Shown here: positions 8,150-17,084 of the stretch, one piece after another
Numbering within the stretch: position 1 is the stretch's first letter
Layout: each line of letters begins with the position of its first letter
Virus record (IMG/VR): IMGVR_UViG_3300012953_000045
Span: 1-50,437 of that record
Origin: a virus
Lineage: Duplodnaviria; Caudoviricetes
DNA: 50,437 bases
Strand: one strand, 5' to 3'
The notes under the pieces: generated by a model
Told to the model about the DNA's origin: nothing
Databases searched by the model: none
The model's input: only the letters and a program-made list of their open reading frames with translations
Position numbers and translations under genes: made by a program

Positions 8150-9162
8150 AGGTTATTGTATATCTCTACTAGCAGTTTTTTATCTATCATTTCGCTGTCA
8201 ACAGCATTCAAACTATTATACACTATTTGGTCAACATTTTCAACTTCCATATCATCTACAACTCTCCAGTCTTGTGCATGTTCTTCTTTTTTAGTAGGCA
8301 TAAGTGTTATTTCTCTTACACCATACTGCTGACTAAATGTTTCCTTAATAAAGCTGGCTTCTTCATAGCTGATTGCAATATCTAATGTAGCTCTGCAATA
8401 GGTTTTATCATTGAGTATTACATCTGGTTCATCAATCAATCTACTCAACGGAACAGTCCTGTATCTCGGACCTGCAAAGTCTACATACTCAGGTTTACCA
8501 CCCCATTCTAGTATCATCATGCCACGCTCATCATCCCAAGCATCAGCATAGTTGTGTGGGAACGGTGATCCTAAGTAGTGTACATTGCCTTTGTTTTGTC
8601 TTTTATGAAAGTGTCCAGTGAATACATATTCTGGTCCTTGCAAGTGTTCTGCGTTAAGACCTCCATGGTCTGGCATTTCTACCATAGCATTCATTTTAAA
8701 GTAAGGTAACTCAAAATGACCAAACATATATCTGCATTTAGTCTTGCTTACTTGTGTCCACTCATCTCCTACAAGCCAAGGAACAAGTGCTATATCATCT
8801 TGTACAAGCGTTTGTTCATTTACAAGATGTACATTATCAAACAGTTCTGCATAAGGTAAACTGTTATAGTCACGTTTTTCTCTGTAGTATAAGTCATGAT
8901 TGCCTGTGATCATGTATACCTGTTTAAATGCTTTGCTAAGTTTAGCTACATTTTCAACACTATAGTTGAGTGTACTAACATTTACACTGGCTCTGTGATG
9001 ATGCCAGTCTCCCAAAAATATACAAGTTTCACAGTTGTTGGCTTGTGCTTGTTCTACAAACCAATCCACAAACTCTGCACAATCACGGTTATGCTGTTTG
9101 CTATTATTTTTGTTGCCGAAGTGTATATCCGTAAAGCAAGCAACACGATTAAAGAATGTCAT
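8146..9162 (-). CDS. gp47: Recombination endonuclease nuclease subunit (gp47, SbcD/Mre11 family)
   Basis: Metallophosphoesterase motifs DIHFG, GD, GNHD, GHFE, GHFH; ATGA overlap with gp46. Confidence 0.95.
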   Translation of the reverse strand: MTFFNRVACFTDIHFGNKNNSKQHNRDCAEFVDWFVEQAQANNCETCIFLGDWHHHRASVNVSTLNYSVENVAKLSKAFKQVYMITGNHDLYYREKRDYNSLPYAELFDNVHLVNEQTLVQDDIALVPWLVGDEWTQVSKTKCRYMFGHFELPYFKMNAMVEMPDHGGLNAEHLQGPEYVFTGHFHKRQNKGNVHYLGSPFPHNYADAWDDERGMMILEWGGKPEYVDFAGPRYRTVPLSRLIDEPDVILNDKTYCRATLDIAISYEEASFIKETFSQQYGVREITLMPTKKEEHAQDWRVVDDMEVENVDQIVYNSLNAVDSEMIDKKLLVEIYNNL

Positions 9163-9193
9163 GGTTATCCAATTCAGTTTAAACTCTTAACTT

Positions 9194-9222
9194 AGTATAG
9201 TTTCATTACTGTACTTTGTCAA
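9194..9222 (-). promoter_or_regulatory. Sigma70-like promoter TTGACA-N17-TATACT for gp47-gp46
   Basis: Plus strand tgtcaa 9217-9222 and agtata 9194-9199. Confidence 0.7.
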
Positions 9223-9225
9223 TGC

Positions 9226-10107
9226 CTAAACATTATACCCGTGTTCTTTGCGTTCTTTATCAGTTTTTTCGTCCCATTTTGCACGTTCTGCCATTTCGTG
9301 TTCAATTTGCCTAGTCCAACTTGGCATTTGCCCTGCTTCCTGAAGTAAATCGTCTCTGATGTTCTGATTACGTTTCTCTAAATTAAGCACTCTGGTAAAA
9401 CTATTGGTAACTGCGGCTGTATAGTATGCGAATGGATTTTCACTTTTTAGTTCGTTGAACTGCAATCCAATTTGTGATAACTGCAATAGTGCATGACTAC
9501 GCATTTCATCTACATATGTATATCCACGCCAATTGCTACGCATACTATAACGTTCACATAGTTTGATATACATCTTTGCTAGATTATTTGTAATGGTTCC
9601 ATGTTGTGTATTGAATTTGCCGTTATCTAAACCGCCTTCCCAATGACTACGCAAACATTCTTTCAGATCTCCTTGCATATATGCATAATGTTTGAAAGGA
9701 GGAAAATTACATTTACTGTGATGATCAGCTACAGTTTTGGGTTTGTTTTTTCTACCAGGCTCTAGTGGCACATGTTCAAAAGTCATAACTCTAAATACTA
9801 AACTTTTTTCATCTATTGTGCCAGGATCTATTTTGTAGTTTATTTGTTTTGGTTTCTGACTTTGTTTTCTTTTGTCGTCGTTATACCATTCTAAATAGGC
9901 TTGTTCATATGCTTGATTACTTAATTGTCTAGCTCTGTTTTCTTTTGCTGTTTGTATAATTTCTGGATTATTAATATCTTCCATTGATTCTACAATGATA
10001 TCAAATCTTTGATATTCATCGTCTAGTACATAGCAATAGCTTAACTTACTCTTATGTATTTCTTTAAGCATATCTTTGTTGTTTAAGTAGTTTTGTTTCC
10101 TCATCAT
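9226..10107 (-). CDS. gp55: Late-transcription sigma factor (gp55)
   Basis: NYLNNKDML, NWRGYTYVDEM, F...KSENPFAYYT....NSF.R.LN.EK; directly upstream of gp47 as in T4. Confidence 0.9.
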   Translation of the reverse strand: MMRKQNYLNNKDMLKEIHKSKLSYCYVLDDEYQRFDIIVESMEDINNPEIIQTAKENRARQLSNQAYEQAYLEWYNDDKRKQSQKPKQINYKIDPGTIDEKSLVFRVMTFEHVPLEPGRKNKPKTVADHHSKCNFPPFKHYAYMQGDLKECLRSHWEGGLDNGKFNTQHGTITNNLAKMYIKLCERYSMRSNWRGYTYVDEMRSHALLQLSQIGLQFNELKSENPFAYYTAAVTNSFTRVLNLEKRNQNIRDDLLQEAGQMPSWTRQIEHEMAERAKWDEKTDKERKEHGYNV

Positions 10108-10125
10108 AATTCCTTATCTAAAAGT

Positions 10126-10154
10126 AGTATACACAATTTTTTTAACAATGTCAA
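10126..10154 (-). promoter_or_regulatory. Sigma70-like promoter TTGACA-N17-TATACT for gp55
   Basis: Plus strand tgtcaa 10149-10154 and agtata 10126-10131; RBS AAGGA precedes the start. Confidence 0.7.
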
Positions 10155-10175
10155 TAACTACACACATAATTATCC

Positions 10176-10196
10176 TATAAATACAACTATAGGAGA
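10176..10196 (+). promoter_or_regulatory. T4-type late promoter TATAAATA (10176-10183) and RBS AGGAGA heading the baseplate operon
   Basis: Perfect late box, AGGAGA at 10191-10196, ATG at 10202. Confidence 0.75.
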
Positions 10197-10201
10197 TAGC
10201 C

Positions 10202-10795
10202 ATGAGAATATCGCAGTTGACAGAAGACATAGCAAAAGACGTTGCCGTTTTTTATGGTGGTAGATTTCAGCCTATGCATAAAGGTCATCATAAAGTGTAC
10301 ATGGATCTAGTTGAGCAGTTTGGTTCCGCTAACGTATTTATCGCTACTACAGTGAGCAAAACTGCAACACCAGATCGTGATCCGTTTACGTTTGATGAGA
10401 AACGTATGATAATGAATGAAATGTTTAATATACCTCTAAACAGCGTAGTACAAACACAACCATACAGACCTGATGTAAAATTAACAGGAAAAGATCCAAA
10501 TAACACTGCGGTTGTACTAGTATTCAGTGCCAAAGATGCTGGTAGACTAAAGCGTGGCGGATTTTTAAGAGATTATGAACCAGGTGCTGAAATGGTACCT
10601 AGTGATCAAGGAGCATATATCCTTGAAGTAGGAATACAAGAAGGCGGTATGAGTGCTACTGATTTTAGAACAGCAATGAAAAATGATAGTTTGAATGACA
10701 ATCAAAAGATGATGATTTTCAGAGAATTTTTTGGTACTATTGAGCCCAAAACATATGAATTTATTAGGGATAAACTAAATGACAGTACTAGCTAA
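10202..10795 (+). CDS. Cytidyltransferase-like (HIGH-motif) nucleotidyltransferase
   Basis: YGGRFQPMHKGH (HxGH), DPFTFDEK and MSAT..R motifs. Confidence 0.8.
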   Translation: MRISQLTEDIAKDVAVFYGGRFQPMHKGHHKVYMDLVEQFGSANVFIATTVSKTATPDRDPFTFDEKRMIMNEMFNIPLNSVVQTQPYRPDVKLTGKDPNNTAVVLVFSAKDAGRLKRGGFLRDYEPGAEMVPSDQGAYILEVGIQEGGMSATDFRTAMKNDSLNDNQKMMIFREFFGTIEPKTYEFIRDKLNDSTS

Positions 10796-11381
10796 AAACC
10801 GTGCTAAATTGCTCTTAAAAAGAAATGCACCATCTCAATATTTGCAAGGTCCATCTTCTCCCCTCAATCAAGAACGGGGTATACTGTTTCCAATACAACC
10901 AGATATTACATATTCTCAAAGTGTAGCGTATACTCCATATGACCTTACACATACAAATTATACTTTTAATGCATACCGAAATACACCTAGTCCAGACATA
11001 CAGCTAACTTGTCAATTTGCAAGTGTTACAGATGAAGAAGCAAGATACACATATGCAGTGTTACACTTTTTAAGAAGTGTTTCTAAAATGTTTTTTGGTA
11101 AGAATCAATCTAATCCTGTAGCAGGCACACCGCCTCCAGTACTAGAGTTTAGTGCTTTTGGAACACAACAATTCAACAGAATACCTGTTTTGGTAGCTCA
11201 ATTTTCTACAACATACGATTCAAATGTAGATTTGAAATTGTTTGATGGTGATACTCAAATACCAGTGATGATGAATATGTTTATTCAACTTACTGTACAG
11301 CAGAATCCGGATAGACAAAAGAACAATTTTACAACAAATGATTTTATATCTGGCAAGTTATATCAAGATGGATTTATTTAA
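10779..11381 (+). CDS. Baseplate/tail-tube initiator-like protein (gp48/gp54-like)
   Basis: FP.QP.I, HFLRSVSKMFFG, GTPPPVL.FSAFG...F.RIPV.V pattern of tube-initiator folds; position before a gp53-like gene. Confidence 0.6.
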   Translation: MTVLAKNRAKLLLKRNAPSQYLQGPSSPLNQERGILFPIQPDITYSQSVAYTPYDLTHTNYTFNAYRNTPSPDIQLTCQFASVTDEEARYTYAVLHFLRSVSKMFFGKNQSNPVAGTPPPVLEFSAFGTQQFNRIPVLVAQFSTTYDSNVDLKLFDGDTQIPVMMNMFIQLTVQQNPDRQKNNFTTNDFISGKLYQDGFI

Positions 11382-11683
11382 TGGCAACAAAATATGATAA
11401 TAAAAGTAACTATGCTCAGACGGAAACCAATAGAAAATATTTAGATATTTACAATCCTCCGTTAACCAGCAACACACTTGATCAAAAAACTACCACAATG
11501 ATTATACAACCAAAGTATAATAAGCGTCCAGATTTACTTGCATTTGATATGTACGGAAGTGCAAGGCTTTGGTGGGTATTTGCACATTATAATAGAGATA
11601 CTCTAAATGACCCAATAATGGATTTTTTATCAGGAACAAAAATAGTCGCACCCAAGACTTTCCAAGCCACAGGAAACTCCTAA
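11381..11683 (+). CDS. Baseplate wedge subunit (gp53-like, LysM-like)
   Basis: RPDLLAFDMYGSARLWWVFA..N..L.DPI motif. Confidence 0.8.
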   Translation: MATKYDNKSNYAQTETNRKYLDIYNPPLTSNTLDQKTTTMIIQPKYNKRPDLLAFDMYGSARLWWVFAHYNRDTLNDPIMDFLSGTKIVAPKTFQATGNS

Positions 11684-14370
11684 TGACACAATTCTATGAA
11701 GACAATGTGCTCAATAAATGGGATAATGTAACCTATAATTGGACTATGTATATGATACGTCCTGATGATGTTAGGTTGTATGATGGGGTCAAAGCAACCA
11801 ATAGAGTAAAAATAATTGCACAATCAGGTGTAGAATCAGAAATAAACATCGCTAGTGTTACTCACGACATGCAACTATCTTTCAATAAAACTAATCCTGA
11901 CAGAGAATCAGTTGGTAATATATTCACAATACAGTTGACTGAACCGATGGGTGCATCACTCTATACAAGAATTTACAAAGCGTCCCAAGATTTAGGAATT
12001 CCCAATCATCTTAAAGCATGTTATCTACTGGAACTAAGATTTATAGGATATGATGTGGATGGGCAACCAGTAGACAACATTACAGAACCTTTTCATTATG
12101 TAACAAACATGACTGCATTAGATTTCCAGTACAGTGAAGGAGCAACAAATTACAGAGCAGATCTGGTGGAAACAACACAAGATGCTTTCAAAAGACTAAT
12201 TCTACACATAAAAGAAGATATCAATATTACTGCTAGTACATATGGTGAATTTTTAGAAAATTTAGAAAAGACAATCAATGACCAAGAACAAAAGCAGGTA
12301 GTTTTAAGTACTGCAAAAAGTTTACCACACCAATATAAATTAGGTTTAGGAGATAGAGCACAAGACTGGGCGTCATGGGGTTTTGGTACAGGATCTGGAA
12401 GTAATGGTGAAACAAAAGATCTTTCCAGTGTTAGTATCACTGGTGAAGGAACATTGGTATTTAATGTAAAACAAGGTACAAGCGTATCTGATTTGATGAT
12501 TATGGGACTCATGCAAACTGATAAGTTCAGAAGGCTACCTACTGATGAAGGTGGGTTTCACAAGGAAAATGCCGACGATCCAGAAGCCAAGGCTGAAACG
12601 TTTGCAGATATAAGCAAATGGTTTGCATTTGATACTGAAGTAACCTATGCTAACTACGATATTATTTCAAGAGACTATGCTAGAGATATAACTTATAATA
12701 TTTTTGCTATTGCAGTTCCAGAACTACATCATGACGTGGTAGCTTATGAAAAACTTTTAAGAAGCAATCCAACACAACTCAAAAGATTAAAAAATATAAT
12801 CAATAAAAATCTTTTGAAAAAACGGTTTGATTATACATTTACTGGACTCAACACTGAAGTCTTAGGTTTAGATGTATATCTAAACAACACATACTATCAA
12901 ATTCAAGCACTCAATCAAGGCGGAGGTCGTTTTGCAGGACAAGCATTTGAGGGACAAGGTGGCCCCGATAATGAATATAATAGGATAAGAGGCAGTGTTC
13001 AAGATTTAAAAAGAAAAATCCAAGCGGCGGAAAATCAATTAAGTTCGATAAATCAACAGTTAGAAAATATTAAAGCTGGAGAAATTCAAGGTCCTGAAAG
13101 CAGGAGTGTAGATTTAATTGTTAAAAAAGTACAATCTTTAGAAGCACAAAAGCAACAATTAGAATCAAATATTAGACAGGATGAAGCCGCATTAGACGTG
13201 CTTGTTGAAAAAGCTATACCACTTCAACAAGCGGAACGCAATCGTGTAAATCCTAATGTTAATTCAATCACAGGAGGAAGATATCTAACACAAAGCGAAC
13301 TGTTAAAGATTAATCCAGGTGACGAAGAAAAAATTTATCCTCTTACGCATGATATAACAAACATCACCAGCAAAGCAACAAATGGTCCAGATGAAAAAGA
13401 CACTAGTGGTGCAGTATATCTCGGAGCAGTAGAACTTAATCTAAATTCACTCGGAGATCTTGCACAACAACAAATAAACATCAAAGGAGATCCTTATTGG
13501 TTAGGTAGACCTAAAAGTAGAAAAGCAACTCAGTTTGGGGCCAACTATACTAGAGGCGGTGTAAGTTATTTTCTCAATTTAAATTTTCCTAGCTATCCTG
13601 ATCCTGATTCAGGTTTAATGCAGATACCCGAAGCAAACTACGGAATAGTCGGAGTATATAGAGTGTATCATGTTATTGCCACTTATGCTGAAGGACAGTT
13701 TACTATGACCTTAGAGTCTTTTAGAGATACAAATACAAATGTAGGAATGATGTGGAAATATCTAAGCACAGGTGATATTGATTTATCCGATGTTAAAAAA
13801 GATGAACCACTGAAACTAGCTGAAGATCAAGGCGAAGGTGATCAAGAAGGAAATGAACAAGCAGGTAATTCAGGACCTGAATTAATTGAAGAAGGATTAG
13901 CAAGTGGAGATGTTTCAAGTCCAAATGTAACAGAAGCACAGCTAACAAACGGAGCAGTGAGAAATAAACCTATCAAAGCTAAACTTAAAAATATACTACA
14001 ACAAGCCGCTGTGGCAACAGGGCTCAATGTAGAAGTTTTCAGTGGCGGACAAGATAGTCAACTTGCAGGTACAAAAAGACACAATGATGGTACTGCGGCT
14101 GACGTTAGGTTAAAAACAGCAGACGGAACAACGTTGACTTTGGACAATCCAGATCATGTAGGATTGATTCAAAACTTTCTTAAGAAATCAAAAGACTTTG
14201 GTGCTACAGGAATTGGAGCTGGAAACAACTATATGGATAACGACGGATTTCATATTGATATAGCTAAAGAATTTGGAAACGTTGGCCCTAACGGCAATAG
14301 CTATTGGGGTGGAAAAGAAGCTAGATCTCATTTAGCTCCTCAATTTTTAGTAGATATTATGACAGGATAA
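11683..14370 (+). CDS. Baseplate hub-associated protein with coiled coil and C-terminal M15-like zinc peptidase domain
   Basis: Lies between gp53-like and gp5-like genes; I.GDPYWL and G.Y.V..V...Y.EG.FT.TL hub-type motifs; C-terminal RHNDGTAADV...FHIDI. Confidence 0.6.
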   Translation: MTQFYEDNVLNKWDNVTYNWTMYMIRPDDVRLYDGVKATNRVKIIAQSGVESEINIASVTHDMQLSFNKTNPDRESVGNIFTIQLTEPMGASLYTRIYKASQDLGIPNHLKACYLLELRFIGYDVDGQPVDNITEPFHYVTNMTALDFQYSEGATNYRADLVETTQDAFKRLILHIKEDINITASTYGEFLENLEKTINDQEQKQVVLSTAKSLPHQYKLGLGDRAQDWASWGFGTGSGSNGETKDLSSVSITGEGTLVFNVKQGTSVSDLMIMGLMQTDKFRRLPTDEGGFHKENADDPEAKAETFADISKWFAFDTEVTYANYDIISRDYARDITYNIFAIAVPELHHDVVAYEKLLRSNPTQLKRLKNIINKNLLKKRFDYTFTGLNTEVLGLDVYLNNTYYQIQALNQGGGRFAGQAFEGQGGPDNEYNRIRGSVQDLKRKIQAAENQLSSINQQLENIKAGEIQGPESRSVDLIVKKVQSLEAQKQQLESNIRQDEAALDVLVEKAIPLQQAERNRVNPNVNSITGGRYLTQSELLKINPGDEEKIYPLTHDITNITSKATNGPDEKDTSGAVYLGAVELNLNSLGDLAQQQINIKGDPYWLGRPKSRKATQFGANYTRGGVSYFLNLNFPSYPDPDSGLMQIPEANYGIVGVYRVYHVIATYAEGQFTMTLESFRDTNTNVGMMWKYLSTGDIDLSDVKKDEPLKLAEDQGEGDQEGNEQAGNSGPELIEEGLASGDVSSPNVTEAQLTNGAVRNKPIKAKLKNILQQAAVATGLNVEVFSGGQDSQLAGTKRHNDGTAADVRLKTADGTTLTLDNPDHVGLIQNFLKKSKDFGATGIGAGNNYMDNDGFHIDIAKEFGNVGPNGNSYWGGKEARSHLAPQFLVDIMTG

Positions 14371-14374
14371 AAAC

Positions 14375-15790
14375 ATGGTAAAGTATACAGGACAAAATGC
14401 GGTATCATCAGGCGTACCAAGTAATTATAGATCAGAGTTGGGTGTAGGCGGAATAGCTAAACAAACAGGACTTTACCTAGCAAAAGTAATAGACACAGTT
14501 GATGATAGATATGAAAGTTTTTTGTATGTAGAAATTATAGGAGATGGATATCAAGGAGATCCGTCTACTAAAAAATTAAGACAGGAATATACAAGAGTAA
14601 GACGTGCTATGCCATACGGAGGTAGCTATCAGTTTGCAAATGCAACTAATACTTACGGAATGAGTTGTCACCCGCCTGCTCCGGGCTCACAAGTATTAAT
14701 AGCAATGCCTGCTAATAGTCCTGTTGGCATTATGTTAGGAGTTTTACCTGATGTGAGTAGAAATGCTAGTTTCCCAACTAATCCTGGTGCATTTGTTGAT
14801 AGTGAAAATGATGTTGTTGGTCCAACACAAGACCCTAGTGTAAAAAAAGCACAAGACAAGAACAAGAGACCTAGAGCCAGTGTAGATACAATAAGAACAG
14901 AACAAGGCGGCGAACATGGAGATAAGTGGTCTGGTAATGGAGAAGCTATTACTGGACAAGGTATTGGATTAGACAGTGTTAGAGGTCTTAGTAGCAGTAG
15001 TGCAAGACGAGAATCACCTACTAATGTTTTTGGATTTAACACTCCTGGTGGTCATCACTTTGTTATGGATGATGGCACACTTCCAAACAGTGACACTTGC
15101 TTAACACCTGATAAAAATAGAAAAGGTGGATTAAGTAATCTTGTGCGTTTGGGTAGTGCTGGAGGTGCTCAAGTTTTGATGCATGATGGCTCTGGAATAA
15201 TTTATATTATTAGTCAAACTGGAAAAACATGGATACAATTAGGCAGTGATGGAAAACTTGATATATATTCAGGTGATCAAATTAGTATGCATACAGAAAC
15301 AGATTTCAATCTGTACTGTGGTGGGGACATAAACATGGATGCTGATAATATTAATTTAAAAGCAAGAGGAACTGATGGTATAAGTATGGAAAGTTCTAGT
15401 GGAGAGTTTAACTTACATAGTGCAAAAGATATAAAACTTACTACAGATTTAAATGGACATATCAAAGCAGTAGGAAACATTAGAATCAGTACAGACGGAT
15501 TAATTGATCTTAACGGTCCGCCAGCTACTGTAGCTACTAAAACAGTAGCTAAGAGTCATCCAACAAACAGGACTGTTAAAGAAAGTATTAATCCAAGGGT
15601 ACCAGAAGCTGAGCCTTGGGGAGGACATGCTGAAGAACAAGAAGATCTAGCACAGGTTGCTAGTGCAGATGATCAATTCACAGCTTTAGATATTGATATG
15701 TCAAAAATTACAAATAGACAACAACCAAATGCAGACAATATAAATGTTGAATCTAAACCAACAACTAATCCAAGAAAGACTCAACTATGA
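14375..15790 (+). CDS. Baseplate central spike (gp5/VgrG-like)
   Basis: N-terminal OB-fold pattern (YLAKV.D..D, YGM..PP.PG..VL), TPGGHHFVMDD, WI....DG..DIYS and beta-helix-like repeats ending IDLN. Confidence 0.75.
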   Translation: MVKYTGQNAVSSGVPSNYRSELGVGGIAKQTGLYLAKVIDTVDDRYESFLYVEIIGDGYQGDPSTKKLRQEYTRVRRAMPYGGSYQFANATNTYGMSCHPPAPGSQVLIAMPANSPVGIMLGVLPDVSRNASFPTNPGAFVDSENDVVGPTQDPSVKKAQDKNKRPRASVDTIRTEQGGEHGDKWSGNGEAITGQGIGLDSVRGLSSSSARRESPTNVFGFNTPGGHHFVMDDGTLPNSDTCLTPDKNRKGGLSNLVRLGSAGGAQVLMHDGSGIIYIISQTGKTWIQLGSDGKLDIYSGDQISMHTETDFNLYCGGDINMDADNINLKARGTDGISMESSSGEFNLHSAKDIKLTTDLNGHIKAVGNIRISTDGLIDLNGPPATVATKTVAKSHPTNRTVKESINPRVPEAEPWGGHAEEQEDLAQVASADDQFTALDIDMSKITNRQQPNADNINVESKPTTNPRKTQL

Positions 15791-16689
15791 CCGATTTTGT
15801 AGAAGATAGATTTAAAAGAGTGTGGGACGACTTTATAGTTAAAGACTTGGACAACTATCTAACAAATTTAAGTTTATCAACCACAACTTCAAGTGACACT
15901 GCAAAAATTGTAGCTTTAAGTTTTTTCCGTAATTATAGCGGTTTTGATGGTACTGCATACGGCGAAGGAGTATATAACATTGGTCTGACAGAACAACAGG
16001 CTTTTGATAATTGGCAAGAAGAATACAATAATCAAGAACAACTAGCAAAAAAACAATTAATGGCAAACTCAGTAAAGTTACTTCCCCAATGTGTTTATGA
16101 TGCAGTAATTTTATATCATTGGGCAACAGGTAAATTGTTTGAGGTAATCAGTCGAAATCAAACATATAATTTGTTAACTTCATTACAAAACTTAGACCAT
16201 GATACTTCTGCAGATATGATTAGTAATAGCTCTATTAATCCTCAACTCTGTGTACAACTATCCAGTATGTTGCGTTTAGCTGATTATGGAAAGCCTAAAT
16301 CACGTACTTGGTATAGAAGTAATGGAGTCTTTAAGATGCGAGATTATAATCAGCGAGGCACAATGAGCAATGATCAATTAGTTAAAGCTAGATATGCCTA
16401 CTATGCTGAAACACTTAAATTTTTACCATTTACTCCTGAAGGAAGAAAGAGACAAATAGTTAAAGACTACGAAAGCACATTGTTAACACAAAGTTTTGTT
16501 TTTGATGGCACAAATAAAGTGTTTACACTAGGGAAAGCACCTAGTATGGATCCAAATCAAAAGTTAGAAGTTTTGATCAATGAAAACATACAACAAACGG
16601 TCTATGACTTTTTAGTTGTAGGAACTACACTTACAATTAGCAAAAGCATGAATACCGGAGATATTATTAAAACAACAATTAAAATATAA
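15787..16689 (+). CDS. Baseplate-associated protein with degenerate lysozyme-like N-part and a C-terminal structural beta domain
   Basis: PQCVYDAVILYHWATG resembles the Q..FDAL.S..YN.G motif of GH24 lysozymes; C-terminal FDGTNKVFTL...V.IN..Q domain; located between gp5 and gp25. Confidence 0.45.
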   Translation: MTDFVEDRFKRVWDDFIVKDLDNYLTNLSLSTTTSSDTAKIVALSFFRNYSGFDGTAYGEGVYNIGLTEQQAFDNWQEEYNNQEQLAKKQLMANSVKLLPQCVYDAVILYHWATGKLFEVISRNQTYNLLTSLQNLDHDTSADMISNSSINPQLCVQLSSMLRLADYGKPKSRTWYRSNGVFKMRDYNQRGTMSNDQLVKARYAYYAETLKFLPFTPEGRKRQIVKDYESTLLTQSFVFDGTNKVFTLGKAPSMDPNQKLEVLINENIQQTVYDFLVVGTTLTISKSMNTGDIIKTTIKI

Positions 16690-16708
16690 ACTGAGTATTT
16701 AATTTTAC

Positions 16709-16716
16709 CATAAATA
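16709..16716 (+). promoter_or_regulatory. Late promoter variant CATAAATA
   Basis: One mismatch to TATAAATA, 5 nt before the gp25 ATG. Confidence 0.5.
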
Positions 16717-16721
16717 ATAGT

Positions 16722-17084
16722 ATGGTAACCTACATCGGATATAGCACAATAGACAGTATCAGTGGAAGCAAAACGTTAACAGATGTTGACCTTGCAAAAC
16801 GTGATTTGTTGAACCATTTTTACACAAGAAGAGGTGAGAGAGTTGGAAATCCTACTTTTGGTAGTATATTACCAGAGTTAGTGTTCGAGCCTTTAGATAG
16901 TGCTACTGAAAGAGATGCATTAGATGATGTGACTAAAATAGTCAACAATGATCCACGCTGGAATGTGTTAGAAACACTACTAAGCAAACCAACTGAACAA
17001 AGTTTAGAAGTGAAAGTTAGGTTAGAATATATAGATACAGGAACAGCAGAAGAACTGTTTTTGAACTTTACGGGTGAGGAATAA
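16722..17084 (+). CDS. gp25: Baseplate wedge subunit (gp25 family)
   Basis: DLLNHFYTRRGERV.NP.FGS....VFEP and DPR motif of the GPW/gp25 family. Confidence 0.9.
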   Translation: MVTYIGYSTIDSISGSKTLTDVDLAKRDLLNHFYTRRGERVGNPTFGSILPELVFEPLDSATERDALDDVTKIVNNDPRWNVLETLLSKPTEQSLEVKVRLEYIDTGTAEELFLNFTGEE

